The notes: generated from the sequence alone by a model not told the origin. Shown: positions 19,367-29,358, counted from the stretch's first letter. The stretch is DNA of 63,124 nt from Candidatus Micrarchaeota archaeon (GCA_043827025.1 JBDRPL010000002.1:1-63124); one strand, 5' to 3'. Made by a program: numbers and translations.

Positions 19367-20518
19367 ATGACTAAGCATTTGTTTACATCGGAAAGTGTAA
19401 CTGAGGGTCACCCAGATAAATTGTGCGACCAGATCTCAGATGGAATACTAGATGAAATATACAAGCAGGATCCGAACTCAAGGGTGGCAGTTGAATGCAT
19501 CACAACAACTGGGTTGGTGATGATTGCGGGAGAAATCACAACCGAAGCTTACATAGATGTGCAAACTGTTGCAAGAGACATCATCAAAGACATAGGATAT
19601 ATCTCATCAGAATACCAATTCGACCATAATTGCGGAATAGTTTCAGCGCTCCATGAACAATCTCCAGATATTGCAATGGGAGTTGTAAGGCAAACAGAAG
19701 AAGAGCAGGGGGCTGGCGACCAGGGGTTGATGTTTGGTTATGCATGCAATGAAACTCCAGAATTGATGCCCTTGCCGATTTCACTTGCACACAAATTGAC
19801 CCTAAGATTGGCAGAAGCAAGAAAGAAAAAAGAGATAACCTATCTAAGGCCCGATGGAAAAAGCCAGGTAACTGTTGAATATGATAATGGAAAGCCCGTA
19901 AGGGTCCATACTGTTGTCATATCCGCGCAACATGACCCAGACGCAACAAATGAACAGATTAGAAAGGACATCATTGAAAAGATCATAAAACCTGTGTGCG
20001 GAGAATGGCTTGATAAGGATACGATTTATCACATAAATCCAACAGGAAGATTTGTCATTGGCGGGCCTCATGGAGATAGCGGTCTGACAGGAAGAAAAAT
20101 CATTGTGGATACCTATGGCGGAGTCGGAGCACATGGCGGAGGAGCATTCTCTGGAAAAGACCCATCAAAAGTGGACAGGTCAGCTGCATACATGGCAAGA
20201 TATATTGCAAAGAATATAGTTGCAGCAGGTTTGGCAGAGAAATGCGAGATTCAATTAGCTTATGCAATTGGAGTTCCTGATCCAGTCTCGATTATGATAT
20301 GCACAAAAGGCACTGGAAAGGTGACAGATGAGAAACTAGTTGAATTAGTCAGGAAGCACTTCAGATTAAGGCCTGCGCACATAATAAATGATTTACAGCT
20401 CAGAAGGCCAATCTACAGGAAAACGGCGGCATATGGCCATTTCGGCAGGGAATTGCCTGAGTTCACATGGGAGAAAAAAGATAAGGCAGAAGAACTGAAA
20501 AAGGCTGCTGAACTGTAA
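19367..20518 (+). CDS. metK: S-adenosylmethionine synthetase, bacterial/eukaryotic type
   Basis: [19 protein letters not shown] and GGGAFSGKD motifs. Confidence 0.95.
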   Translation: MTKHLFTSESVTEGHPDKLCDQISDGILDEIYKQDPNSRVAVECITTTGLVMIAGEITTEAYIDVQTVARDIIKDIGYISSEYQFDHNCGIVSALHEQSPDIAMGVVRQTEEEQGAGDQGLMFGYACNETPELMPLPISLAHKLTLRLAEARKKKEITYLRPDGKSQVTVEYDNGKPVRVHTVVISAQHDPDATNEQIRKDIIEKIIKPVCGEWLDKDTIYHINPTGRFVIGGPHGDSGLTGRKIIVDTYGGVGAHGGGAFSGKDPSKVDRSAAYMARYIAKNIVAAGLAEKCEIQLAYAIGVPDPVSIMICTKGTGKVTDEKLVELVRKHFRLRPAHIINDLQLRRPIYRKTAAYGHFGRELPEFTWEKKDKAEELKKAAEL

Positions 20519-20567
20519 GCCCATCTAGAATACTAATTTTTATTTCTTTTTCAGCTAACCTATCCTA

Positions 20568-21848
20568 GTGGATCCATTATCTATTTACAAACGAGTCGAT
20601 TCTGAAAACTCTGTGCTTCTTCACAGCTCTAGAAATGATTCGAAAGAAAGATATTCAATAATTGCTTTTGACCCGTTTCTCGTTTATGAAAGCAAGAAAA
20701 ACGAGAATCCGTTTGAACAACTAAAGAAGTTGCTCACAGAACATAAGGCTACTAAAAGATCAAATAATTCGATTTTTGATGGAATTGCAATTGGTTATTT
20801 CGGTTATGGATCTGTTTATTTCATCGAACAGCTTCCAAGAAATGCAATTGATGACCTAAGGATTCCGAATGCAAAGTTCGCATTCTACAAGGATTATTTC
20901 ATTTTCGACCATTCAACCAATAAATTGATTTTGGTTGGTGACAAGAACAAACTGAACAAGGCACTTGAACGAAAACCGAAACAAATTCCGAATTCTGGAA
21001 AGACTGAAAAACCGAAATCAAATTTCACGAAACAAGATTATTGCAAAGCGGTCGAGAAAGTCAAGGAATATATAAAGTCGGGCGACACCTTCCAGGTAAA
21101 CATTTCACAAAGATTCGAAACTGAAACTACAATTGATCCATTATTTGTTTACGAAAAGCTGTCGAAAATCAATCCATCCAATTTCGGCGCATACCTTAAC
21201 TTCGGAGACCTCGGATTATTATCTTCATCTCCTGAAAGGCTTGTCAAACTGACCAACGGAAAGGCATGGACAAGGCCAATTGCAGGCACAAGGCCAAGAG
21301 GCAGAACAAAGGAAGAAGACCAAGCGCTTGAAAAAGAGCTAAAAACAAATGAAAAGGAGCTAGCAGAACACACAATGCTTGTTGACCTTGAAAGGAATGA
21401 TCTTGGAAAGGTGTGTGAATACGGAACAGTCAAAGTAGATGAAATAATGACAATAGAGAGATATTCACATGTCATGCACCTTGTTTCAGAGGTAAGCGGC
21501 CAACTCAGAAAGGATAGAACAAACGTTGATTTGCTTAAGGCAATGTTTCCTGGAGGAACAATCACTGGCTGTCCAAAAGTAAGGACAATGGAGATAACTG
21601 ATGAGATTGAGCCGACACAAAGAGGACCATATACTGGAGCAATCGGCTATTTTTCATTATCTGGAGACATGGATTTCAATATGACAATACGAACGATATT
21701 AATGAAGGGAAAAAAAGTATACCTGCAAGTCGGAGGCGGGATTGTCTATGATTCAGTTCCTGAAAAAGAATATGATGAAACCATCCACAAAGCAAATGCA
21801 ATGTTCAAGGCTCTTGGCATAGCAGAAGATGAGGCGACAAAGAAATGA
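20568..21848 (+). CDS. pabB: Aminodeoxychorismate/anthranilate synthase component I
   Basis: SSSPE, RPIAGT, EHTMLVDLERNDL, PGGTITGCPK; followed by a GATase and a class IV aminotransferase. Confidence 0.8.
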   Translation: MDPLSIYKRVDSENSVLLHSSRNDSKERYSIIAFDPFLVYESKKNENPFEQLKKLLTEHKATKRSNNSIFDGIAIGYFGYGSVYFIEQLPRNAIDDLRIPNAKFAFYKDYFIFDHSTNKLILVGDKNKLNKALERKPKQIPNSGKTEKPKSNFTKQDYCKAVEKVKEYIKSGDTFQVNISQRFETETTIDPLFVYEKLSKINPSNFGAYLNFGDLGLLSSSPERLVKLTNGKAWTRPIAGTRPRGRTKEEDQALEKELKTNEKELAEHTMLVDLERNDLGKVCEYGTVKVDEIMTIERYSHVMHLVSEVSGQLRKDRTNVDLLKAMFPGGTITGCPKVRTMEITDEIEPTQRGPYTGAIGYFSLSGDMDFNMTIRTILMKGKKVYLQVGGGIVYDSVPEKEYDETIHKANAMFKALGIAEDEATKK

Positions 21849-22411
21849 TACTTGTAATTGACAATTACGATTCATTCACTTACAACCTAGTGCAGGCACT
21901 TGGAGCTTTGGGTGAAAAGCTTGAAATCAGAAGGAACGACCAAATAACCATAAAACAAATCGAAGAAATAAAGCCTGATCGAATCGTAATCTCGCCAGGC
22001 CCATGCACACCAAATGAAGCAGGAATATCGATCGAAGTCATCCAAAGATTAGGGAACCGAATTCCGATTTTAGGAGTCTGTCTTGGCCATCAGGCAATTG
22101 GCCAGGCTTTCGGAGGAAGGATAATCAGGACAATCCCTGTTCACGGAAAAACAAGCGAAATAAAACATGATGGAAACACAATTTTCAAAGGATTGAAAAC
22201 TCCATTCACAGCTACAAGATATCATTCACTCATAATCGAGAAAGAAACGATCCCAGATTGCCTTGAAATCAGCGCAACTGACAGCAAAAACAATATTATT
22301 ATGGGCGTCCGGCACAAGGAATTCCCAATTGAAGGCGTACAATTCCATCCAGAATCGTTTTTAACACTAGAAGGAGATAAGCTGTTGAAGAATTTCCTTG
22401 ATTTGAGATGA
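21845..22411 (+). CDS. pabA: Glutamine amidotransferase component II (PabA/TrpG)
   Basis: IDNYDSFTYNL, GVCLGHQ and QFHPES motifs. Confidence 0.85.
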   Translation: MILVIDNYDSFTYNLVQALGALGEKLEIRRNDQITIKQIEEIKPDRIVISPGPCTPNEAGISIEVIQRLGNRIPILGVCLGHQAIGQAFGGRIIRTIPVHGKTSEIKHDGNTIFKGLKTPFTATRYHSLIIEKETIPDCLEISATDSKNNIIMGVRHKEFPIEGVQFHPESFLTLEGDKLLKNFLDLR

Positions 22412-22420
22412 GGTGGGAAA

Positions 22421-23185
22421 ATGTTTGTTTATCTGAATGGCAGGATGATTGAAGAAAAGAATGCGAAACTAGATATTAATGACACTTCGTTCCTTAGGGG
22501 ATATGGAATTTATGAGACTCTTAGGGCAATAGATGGAACTGCCATTAGAATAGAGGAGCACATCAGTCGATTTTTCAGATCAGCAAAACTTGTTGGATTG
22601 AAGAGTCCATTAAATAAATCGGAAATCGGAAAAACAATTGAATCACTGCTTGAGCGAAACGATCTGAGGAATGCAAGAATACGGCTGACATTGAGCGAAC
22701 AGAATTTCCTGATTACAACAGTCGAATTCATAAGCCATGACAGAAAATACTATGAAAACGGAGCAAAACTAGTTACATTCCAGGCAATCCGTACAATGCC
22801 AATGGCAAAGAGCACGAGTTGTGTTTCACAAGTAATAGCTGAGAAGTATGCAGAAAAGAAAGGTGCAATTGACGCAATCATCTTGGAAGGAAAGGAAGTA
22901 AGAGAGTGTGCAGGCTCGAACATATTTGCAGTCAAAAAAGGCATTATCTACACGCCAAAGACCAACATTCTTCTTGGAGTCACAAGGCAGGCATTGATTG
23001 AAAATGCAAGGAAGAAAGGAATTAAACTGATTGAGAAGGACTTTGACCTGACTTTCCTGCAGAAAGCAGACGAATGCTTTATCACTAGCAGTATGAAATG
23101 GGTCATGCCAGTAATAGAAATAGATGGAAAAAAAGTCAGGGACGGAAGGATTGGGAAAATAACTCGAATCCTGTCTGTTTTTTAA
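22421..23185 (+). CDS. pabC: Class IV aminotransferase / aminodeoxychorismate lyase
   Basis: GYGIYETLR, E..GSNIF and ILLGVTR motifs. Confidence 0.7.
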   Translation: MFVYLNGRMIEEKNAKLDINDTSFLRGYGIYETLRAIDGTAIRIEEHISRFFRSAKLVGLKSPLNKSEIGKTIESLLERNDLRNARIRLTLSEQNFLITTVEFISHDRKYYENGAKLVTFQAIRTMPMAKSTSCVSQVIAEKYAEKKGAIDAIILEGKEVRECAGSNIFAVKKGIIYTPKTNILLGVTRQALIENARKKGIKLIEKDFDLTFLQKADECFITSSMKWVMPVIEIDGKKVRDGRIGKITRILSVF

Positions 23186-23214
23186 AACTTTCCCACAGTA
23201 ATTATCCTTCTAAT

Positions 23215-23394
23215 GGGCCCGTCGTCTAGAGCTTTGAAACCCGCTGGTTTCAAAATTCCCTAATGAAACCAACCTTGGTTTCATTGGGCATAGGGAACTT
23301 CGTTCCCTAATGTGCCAGCTTTTTCAAAGCGGTCAACGGTTAGGATGCCTGCTTGACGTGCAGGAGGCCGCAGGTTCAAATCCTGCCGGGCCCA
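23215..23394 (+). tRNA. tRNA-Val(GAC) with 107-nt intron (23230-23336) in the D-loop
   Basis: Acceptor GGGCCCG/CGGGCCC+A; anticodon arm CCTGC-TTGACGT-GCAGG; T arm GCAGG-TTCAAAT-CCTGC; intron removal restores GTCTAG|CGGTTAGGAT; TATA-like TTTTAAAA upstream. Confidence 0.9.
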
Positions 23395-23433
23395 CTATAA
23401 TTATTTTATAAACCTAGTTCTCTAAATTAGATT

Positions 23434-23739
23434 ATGCTCAAGCGACCAAAGATAAGCAAACACGAACTCATAGCAGACTTGATATTCCTGCTTGTTTCCA
23501 TGTCCGTTACTTTCATTGCAATATTCGTTTTCGACATCCATTGGTCTTTCTATCCACAAAACATAGGGAAAGGCATCCAATCTGTATTCCAAAGCCCTAC
23601 TCCTTATTTGATACTGATGCCAATAGGCGGAATAGTTGGATTATTTGTTTTCAAGCTGATTTTCTTCGCATTTGTTGAAGAAGAAAAGGCTGTTGAGGAA
23701 ACTAAAAAAGGGAAAAAATCGAATAGAAATAAGTTGTAA
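23434..23739 (+). CDS. Small two-TM membrane protein
   Basis: Two hydrophobic segments; TTTATAAA promoter upstream. Confidence 0.65.
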   Translation: MLKRPKISKHELIADLIFLLVSMSVTFIAIFVFDIHWSFYPQNIGKGIQSVFQSPTPYLILMPIGGIVGLFVFKLIFFAFVEEEKAVEETKKGKKSNRNKL

Positions 23740-23775
23740 CAACTGTTTAAAAAGGTAATACAATACAATAAACTC

Positions 23776-24675
23776 ATGAGAAGATCAAGAAAGGGAGCAG
23801 GAGACACTATACCAGGTGAAAGAAGAACTGATTGTGCAACTGAACATTTGCAGCTAACTGGTCAGGCAAAAAACGAGAAAATCATGCAGATGATAAATAA
23901 CCTGTGCATCCATGGCCTTGAAGCAGGCGGAAGAGAATTTGTAGCCAAAGCTTCTGAAATATTGGGCCAGAATGAAATGGAAATGTATGAAGACCTGGTA
24001 AAATGGGCAAAGGGGCGTAGGGAGATACCGGATGAATTTGAATTTGGAAGATTGATAGGGGATTTGGCATGGGCACTTGATACAAAAGATATGAGTCTAC
24101 ATGATGCCGTCCGTATATACCTCGAATGTTTTGAACAGCTGAAATCTGTGCCATTTCAAAGAAAAGGCCAGCCATTATACGAACTAATTACCCAAGTCAC
24201 ATTTCTTTCAGGACTCAATGAAACAGATTTGGAAATGCTTGCAAGTATGCTATTAGATTATGAAAGGATAATTCAAAAAGAAAGAAAGGTTATGGGCGCT
24301 AGAAAGACAAATGTCCAAATAATGCCTTCGGAAAGTATGGTAGAAGATGAATTGTTGGTAATGAATGATGAAGAATCAGTGCGGGGATTCGCTAAGATGG
24401 TTTTTACACGACTTACAAGGGACAATCCGGACGCAATAGAATTTGGAAATTGTTCATTATTGGACCATATTCGTAATATACGTCTCGAAGACCCGGTATT
24501 AGAATTAATTTCATTAATGATAACAAGATCACAAACAGGTGAAGGGGAACAAAGGGAAAGAGCAGTGCAATGGGTCAATGAGATGTTAGAAATCAATTCA
24601 GATATAATCACGCACTTTTTTTCGTCCGGAGTGCGAGCGCAAGAAACTCAGTCAGATCCGACGCAGCGTAATTAA
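23776..24675 (+). CDS. Hypothetical (orphan) protein
   Basis: 299-aa ORF with its own TATA (TTTAAAAA) and basic N-terminus MRRSRK. Confidence 0.6.
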   Translation: MRRSRKGAGDTIPGERRTDCATEHLQLTGQAKNEKIMQMINNLCIHGLEAGGREFVAKASEILGQNEMEMYEDLVKWAKGRREIPDEFEFGRLIGDLAWALDTKDMSLHDAVRIYLECFEQLKSVPFQRKGQPLYELITQVTFLSGLNETDLEMLASMLLDYERIIQKERKVMGARKTNVQIMPSESMVEDELLVMNDEESVRGFAKMVFTRLTRDNPDAIEFGNCSLLDHIRNIRLEDPVLELISLMITRSQTGEGEQRERAVQWVNEMLEINSDIITHFFSSGVRAQETQSDPTQRN

Positions 24676-25354
24676 ACCCGAATTTTTTCTTTGCTAAATT
24701 TCCTGCTTTGCCAACTGTTTTTGCAGCAGCATATGCCGATTCAAACGCTTCATTCCTGCAGTAAAGCGCAGCTACAAATCCAGAAAGAACGTCGCCAGTG
24801 CCTCCTTTTGTCATTCCCTGATTATGAGTTTTGTTGACCTTGACTCGCTTGCCATCCGAGATGGTGTCTCCTTTCGGATCCTTCTTGAGAATAATACAAT
24901 TATGTTTTTTCGCCATTGCCCGTACGTTTTCTTTCGTTCCATTCATACCAAAAAGCATCCTGAATTCGCCTTCGTGTGGGGTAAGAATCGCGTCTTTTGG
25001 AATCTTGCCCTTTATGTGCCTGAGGCCATCGCCATCAACAACCAATCGTTTCGATTCCTTCAGAATTTTGCTGATGAGCTTTGGCTTCTTTGCCAAGCCT
25101 GCACCAATGCCAAAAAGAACGCAATCGAATTCATCGGATCTCGATAATTTGTCCAAAACAATGACTTCAGGAATCGTCCTTATCCCGTAAAGTAATTTGT
25201 CATTCGATTCATAGGGATAGAAATAAACCAAATCAACAAATCTCCTTGCTGCAAGAATCGAAAGCATCGGAGCGCCATGATATTTTTTGCTTCCACCAAC
25301 TATCAGAAGCCTGCCGTTTTGGCCCTTGTGCGAGAATCTTGGGGGTTTATACAC
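24608..25354 (-). CDS. nnrD: ADP-dependent NAD(P)H-hydrate dehydratase
   Basis: HKGQNGRLLIVGGS..YHGAP, LTPHEGEF and GGTGDVLSG motifs. Confidence 0.9.
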   Translation of the reverse strand: MYKPPRFSHKGQNGRLLIVGGSKKYHGAPMLSILAARRFVDLVYFYPYESNDKLLYGIRTIPEVIVLDKLSRSDEFDCVLFGIGAGLAKKPKLISKILKESKRLVVDGDGLRHIKGKIPKDAILTPHEGEFRMLFGMNGTKENVRAMAKKHNCIILKKDPKGDTISDGKRVKVNKTHNQGMTKGGTGDVLSGFVAALYCRNEAFESAYAAAKTVGKAGNLAKKKFGFNYAASDLTEFLALALRTKKSA

Positions 25355-25374
25355 ATACTTGCTAGACAGATTAA

Positions 25375-25390
25375 GAATAAATATTTATTC
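25375..25390. promoter_or_regulatory. Perfect 16-bp palindrome GAATAAATATTTATTC between divergent nnrD and sod
   Basis: Self-complementary; TATA-like on both strands. Confidence 0.45.
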
Positions 25391-25457
25391 GATGGTTGCC
25401 CAGTGGAAAGCATCACGATTTTAATATTGCAAGAGAATAGAAACAACAGGTGAAATC

Positions 25458-26069
25458 ATGTACAAACTAGAACCATTGTCATTTGCGTATGATGCATTGG
25501 AACCATATATAGATACAAAGACTGTTGAGATACATTATTCAAAACACCATCAGAGCTATGTTGACAAGCTGAATGCAGCTACTGAAAAATACCCTGAATT
25601 GCAGAAAAAAGGCGTGGAAGAGCTTCTCAAAAACTTAGGGAGGGCACCTGAAGATATAAGAAACCAGGTTAGAAACTTCGGAGGAGGCCATGCCAATCAC
25701 ACATTCTTCTGGAAGATATTGAAGAAGGATGGCGGGCTTCCACAAGGTGAAATCAAAACCGCGATTGAAGCAGAATTCGGCAACTTTGAACAGTTCGAGC
25801 AGAAGTTCTCTGCCAGCGCAACTTCTTTATTTGGAAGCGGATGGACCTGGCTCGTATTAAACAAGGGCAAACTAGAAATAATAAACAGCGCAAACCAGGA
25901 CAACCCATTAAGCGAAGGAAAAACACCATTGCTGGTAATTGACGTCTGGGAACATGCGTATTATCTCAAATTTATGAACAAGAGAGCGGACTTTGTAGCT
26001 GGATTCTTTAATATAATAAACTGGCAGAAAGTCAATGAGCTTTACATTCAGGCCAAAAAGCAAAAATAA
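25458..26069 (+). CDS. sod: Fe/Mn superoxide dismutase
   Basis: HYSKHH, GGHANH and DVWEHAYY motifs. Confidence 0.95.
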   Translation: MYKLEPLSFAYDALEPYIDTKTVEIHYSKHHQSYVDKLNAATEKYPELQKKGVEELLKNLGRAPEDIRNQVRNFGGGHANHTFFWKILKKDGGLPQGEIKTAIEAEFGNFEQFEQKFSASATSLFGSGWTWLVLNKGKLEIINSANQDNPLSEGKTPLLVIDVWEHAYYLKFMNKRADFVAGFFNIINWQKVNELYIQAKKQK

Positions 26070-26160
26070 CGAAAAAATGCCAAATCATCAAAACTTCGCG
26101 CCGTACACTATATTAGTGAGTTTTAAATAGTTTACCAAACATAATATAGTTGTGATTTTC

Positions 26161-27270
26161 ATGTCAAAAAAGATTAAGTGCGCTGTTGTCGGAGTCGGAA
26201 ATTGCTTTGCCGGCCTTGTGCAGGGAATAGAATATTATAGGCAGAACCCCGAACAGAAGATAATAGGTATAATGCATGAAAGCCTTGCTGGATATACAAT
26301 TCACGACATAGAATTCGTATGTGGTTTTGATGTTGGCGAGAACAAGATAGGCAAAACCATCAACGAATCCATCTATGAATATCCAAACATGATTACTTGG
26401 ATTCCAAATGAAAGGATGCCCAAAACAAACGCACGTGTTTATGAGAGCCCTGCACTTGACGGAGTAGGTATATGGGTCGAGAACAGAGTTAAAGCTATCC
26501 AAAGCAAGAAAACAACTGAACAATTGACTGAAGAAGTGAAGAAAGTGCTGAAGGACAATGGAGTTGAGATATTGGTCTCATATCTTCCAGTTGGCTCTGA
26601 AAAAGCCACAAAATACTGGGCGCAGGTCTGTCTTGACACTAAAACAGCATTTGTCAACTGCATGCCCTCGTTCATTGGTTCAGATCCAGAATGGGCCAAT
26701 AAATTTAAAGCTGCCAATTTACCTATCGTATCGGACGACGTGAAAGGGCAGGTCGGAGCGACGATAGTGCACAGAACACTTGCAAAGCTTTGCGACGACC
26801 GCGGAACAAAGATAGAGAAAACATACCAGATAAATGTTGGTGGAAATACGGATTTCCTTAACATGAAGGAACAGGATAGATTGGTGAGCAAAAGGATAAG
26901 CAAAACAGAATCAGTCCAGAGCCAATTAAAGCAAAGATTGCCTGATGACCAGATTTACGTTGGTCCAAGCGACTTCATTCCCTTCCTAGGAAATACGAAA
27001 CTGATGTTCATGCGCATAGAAGGCAGGCAATGGGCCAACATTCCATACAACATGGAAGTAAGGCTTGAAGTGGATGATAAGTCAAATAGCGCAGGAATCG
27101 TAGTTGACGCAATAAGGGCTTGTAAATTAGGCTTAGATAGAAAATTAGGCGGACCCTTAATTGGCCCGAGTGCATATTTAATGAAACATCCGATAATGCA
27201 AATGAGCGATGCAGAAGCAAAAAAAGAATTTGAGATGTTCATTGAAGGAAAAAACTATCGTAAATATTGA
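26161..27270 (+). CDS. ino1: myo-inositol-1-phosphate synthase
   Basis: VGVGNC, YLPVGS, DDVKGQVGAT, GGNTDFLNM, SKTESV and YLMKHP motifs. Confidence 0.92.
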   Translation: MSKKIKCAVVGVGNCFAGLVQGIEYYRQNPEQKIIGIMHESLAGYTIHDIEFVCGFDVGENKIGKTINESIYEYPNMITWIPNERMPKTNARVYESPALDGVGIWVENRVKAIQSKKTTEQLTEEVKKVLKDNGVEILVSYLPVGSEKATKYWAQVCLDTKTAFVNCMPSFIGSDPEWANKFKAANLPIVSDDVKGQVGATIVHRTLAKLCDDRGTKIEKTYQINVGGNTDFLNMKEQDRLVSKRISKTESVQSQLKQRLPDDQIYVGPSDFIPFLGNTKLMFMRIEGRQWANIPYNMEVRLEVDDKSNSAGIVVDAIRACKLGLDRKLGGPLIGPSAYLMKHPIMQMSDAEAKKEFEMFIEGKNYRKY

Positions 27271-28371
27271 CAACACACTGATAATATTCTGGAATTACGC
27301 CAAAGTATTCTTTTTTATTCAATATCTTAAGAGTAGCTATGACCATCTGTAGAGGACTTTTAAGTTCACCTCTTCGAATATGTTCAAATTGTCGATAAGT
27401 AAATGGGATTTTTGAATATTTGTTTATTTCATCCACAGTTTCTTTGTCAGTCCCGATTTGTTCTTTCAGTTCAATAAGAATATTTGGAAGTAATTTAAAT
27501 GGTATCCGCGCACGTTGATAAATTTTATATATAAATTTCTGAAGCTTACCATGTTTCTTACGATTTAGAAAACCAATGTTAGTATAGAAGTGGATTATTC
27601 CAGAATGGTTACTTATAAAAAGCATAAATATAGATTTGTCATAATCTGGATATTTCGCATATTTGGTTTTTCTTATATGGATATTTCCGCTTGAAACCCC
27701 AAAATCGTTTAGAAGCTGTTTGATCTGAAACATAAAAGTTTGCCCAGATGAAAAACAATTATTATGTTTATTAAAACAAAAATTTATTTCCGCAGTACTC
27801 CTAGTATGCCGAATTGAAATGCTACCATCAAAGCTAAATAAAACCTTTAAAAAAGAGGATTTTATTTCTTTAGTTCCGAGAATAATCCATTCAGGAACAA
27901 GATAATTTTTAGTGGTCTTATCTCCACACGGAACTCCGAGTGAAATCAAAAGTCGAGCCAAAGGAGCGCAATAAACTATGGCCTTGAATGATTCTTTTCT
28001 AGAAAACCCACTAGTAGAACGATATTTTACAACCTTGCCGTTTATATGGAACAAATCATAAATTTTTTCTAAGAACCATTGGCATTCATTTTTATAGTTT
28101 GAGTAAAGAATAATCTTTTTTGTCATTGGATTTCCGTCATAATCATTCCAATCTATGTGCCCATCGGTCAATAAAGCAGCAAATATCTGGGCAATATCTT
28201 CAGAAGGATAAACTGGAAACCATGAAGAAACCATCTCCTTATGCTTATCCCTAATCTTATGGAATTCTATGAAGTCTTGATAAGTCATTAAAGGTTCCAG
28301 CACATTAAAGTTCGATTTTTCCTTATTTAACTCCTTTTCGGAACACCTCACTTCCGCACGCGGAAATGAAA
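27211..28371. mobile_element. Homing-endonuclease cassette inserted in the ino1 3' end (replacement C-terminus plus antisense HEG)
   Basis: AT-rich block bounded by homologous ino1 tails starting GCAGA at 27211 and 28372. Confidence 0.65.
27239..28288 (-). CDS. Free-standing double-motif LAGLIDADG endonuclease (intein/DOD type) with C-terminal HTH
   Basis: IFAALLTDGHI and FLKVLFSFDGSI motifs, FYTNIGF, YRQFEHIRRGE; no Hint splicing motifs; start uncertain (28288-28381). Confidence 0.85.
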   Translation of the reverse strand: MTYQDFIEFHKIRDKHKEMVSSWFPVYPSEDIAQIFAALLTDGHIDWNDYDGNPMTKKIILYSNYKNECQWFLEKIYDLFHINGKVVKYRSTSGFSRKESFKAIVYCAPLARLLISLGVPCGDKTTKNYLVPEWIILGTKEIKSSFLKVLFSFDGSISIRHTRSTAEINFCFNKHNNCFSSGQTFMFQIKQLLNDFGVSSGNIHIRKTKYAKYPDYDKSIFMLFISNHSGIIHFYTNIGFLNRKKHGKLQKFIYKIYQRARIPFKLLPNILIELKEQIGTDKETVDEINKYSKIPFTYRQFEHIRRGELKSPLQMVIATLKILNKKEYFGVIPEYYQCVVNIYDSFFLQ

Positions 28372-28413
28372 GCAGATGCAAAGAAGGCGCTTGAGGAGTT
28401 TGTGAAAGGATAG
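28372..28413 (+). pseudogene. Displaced original 3' end of ino1 (ADAKKALEEFVKG*)
   Basis: Aligns to the current tail AEAKKEFEMFIEG (7/13 aa, 27/39 nt). Confidence 0.7.
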
Positions 28414-28446
28414 AAGATTAAAGCCTTCTGAACAAAGACAAATATC

Positions 28447-29358
28447 ATGGCAATCAATTTGCTAATCGACCTGTTCACGATAGTATTTACTGTGCTGATA
28501 TGCTGGACAGTCTTTTCCATAAGAAACAGCTGGAAGAAGCCTGGTTCGGACAAAAGAGTTCTTGGGATTGAACTTGCGATCTATCTAGGAATTTATTTGG
28601 TTTTTATTTATGCTATCTATTACGCACCCTATCAACTCACAATCAAATATCAGACTTTCCAGATTCTTGATACGCAAAACCCTGTTAAAATCGTCTTCAT
28701 AAGCGATATCCACGCAGGAATTGTCAGTGAAGGATACCTTAGATATGTTGTGGACCAGATAAACAAGGAAGACCCAGACATGATCCTGATTGGTGGCGAT
28801 TTCATACACGTTGACGAATCAGAAACACATATTCTTGAGCCTTTAAGAGGCCTCAAGGCAAAGCAAGGAGTCTACTCTATACTTGGAAACCATGATTACG
28901 GCCTGAGCTGGAGTAACAGAGAAACGGCTGGGAAAGTTAAGGCATATCTTGAATCAATAGGAATCGATGTCTTGATAAACGAAAACAAGGAATTGCAAAT
29001 CGAAGGAAACAAAATCGAATTGATTGGTTTGGGAAGCTATTGGGCAGGAGAAACTGATTATGACAAGGCAACAGAAGGAATTGATGAAAAACTGCCGAAG
29101 ATAATACTTATTCACGAGCAGGAAGGACTAGACATATCAAAGGTCAAAGGAAATGCAATAATACTTGCAGGCCATACTCACTGCGGACAGGTCAGAGTGC
29201 CATTCCTAGGCTCGATTCCAAAACTATTCGGGTTCAAAGGCGATGTGGACATGGAACGCGGTAAGATAGGGCATTACGAGATATACACAACCTGCGGGAT
29301 AGGCGGAACCCCAAGATTTTTAACAGGTCCCGAGATAACGATAATCCGACTTGAATGA
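28447..29358 (+). CDS. Membrane-anchored calcineurin-like metallophosphoesterase (YkuE-like)
   Basis: SDIH, GGDF, GNHD and GHTHCGQ motifs; N-terminal TMs. Confidence 0.9.
   Translation: MAINLLIDLFTIVFTVLICWTVFSIRNSWKKPGSDKRVLGIELAIYLGIYLVFIYAIYYAPYQLTIKYQTFQILDTQNPVKIVFISDIHAGIVSEGYLRYVVDQINKEDPDMILIGGDFIHVDESETHILEPLRGLKAKQGVYSILGNHDYGLSWSNRETAGKVKAYLESIGIDVLINENKELQIEGNKIELIGLGSYWAGETDYDKATEGIDEKLPKIILIHEQEGLDISKVKGNAIILAGHTHCGQVRVPFLGSIPKLFGFKGDVDMERGKIGHYEIYTTCGIGGTPRFLTGPEITIIRLE

Noticed and set aside
25395..25412. ORB-like sequence TTGCCCAGTGGAAAG
   Set aside because: Single imperfect copy far from cdc6, with no G-string or partner repeat.
27239..28381. Intein or self-splicing intron in ino1
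   Set aside because: The endonuclease is antisense to ino1, has no Hint or C-terminal HN motifs, and ino1 already has an in-frame stop; no group I core or BHB was recognised at the junctions.
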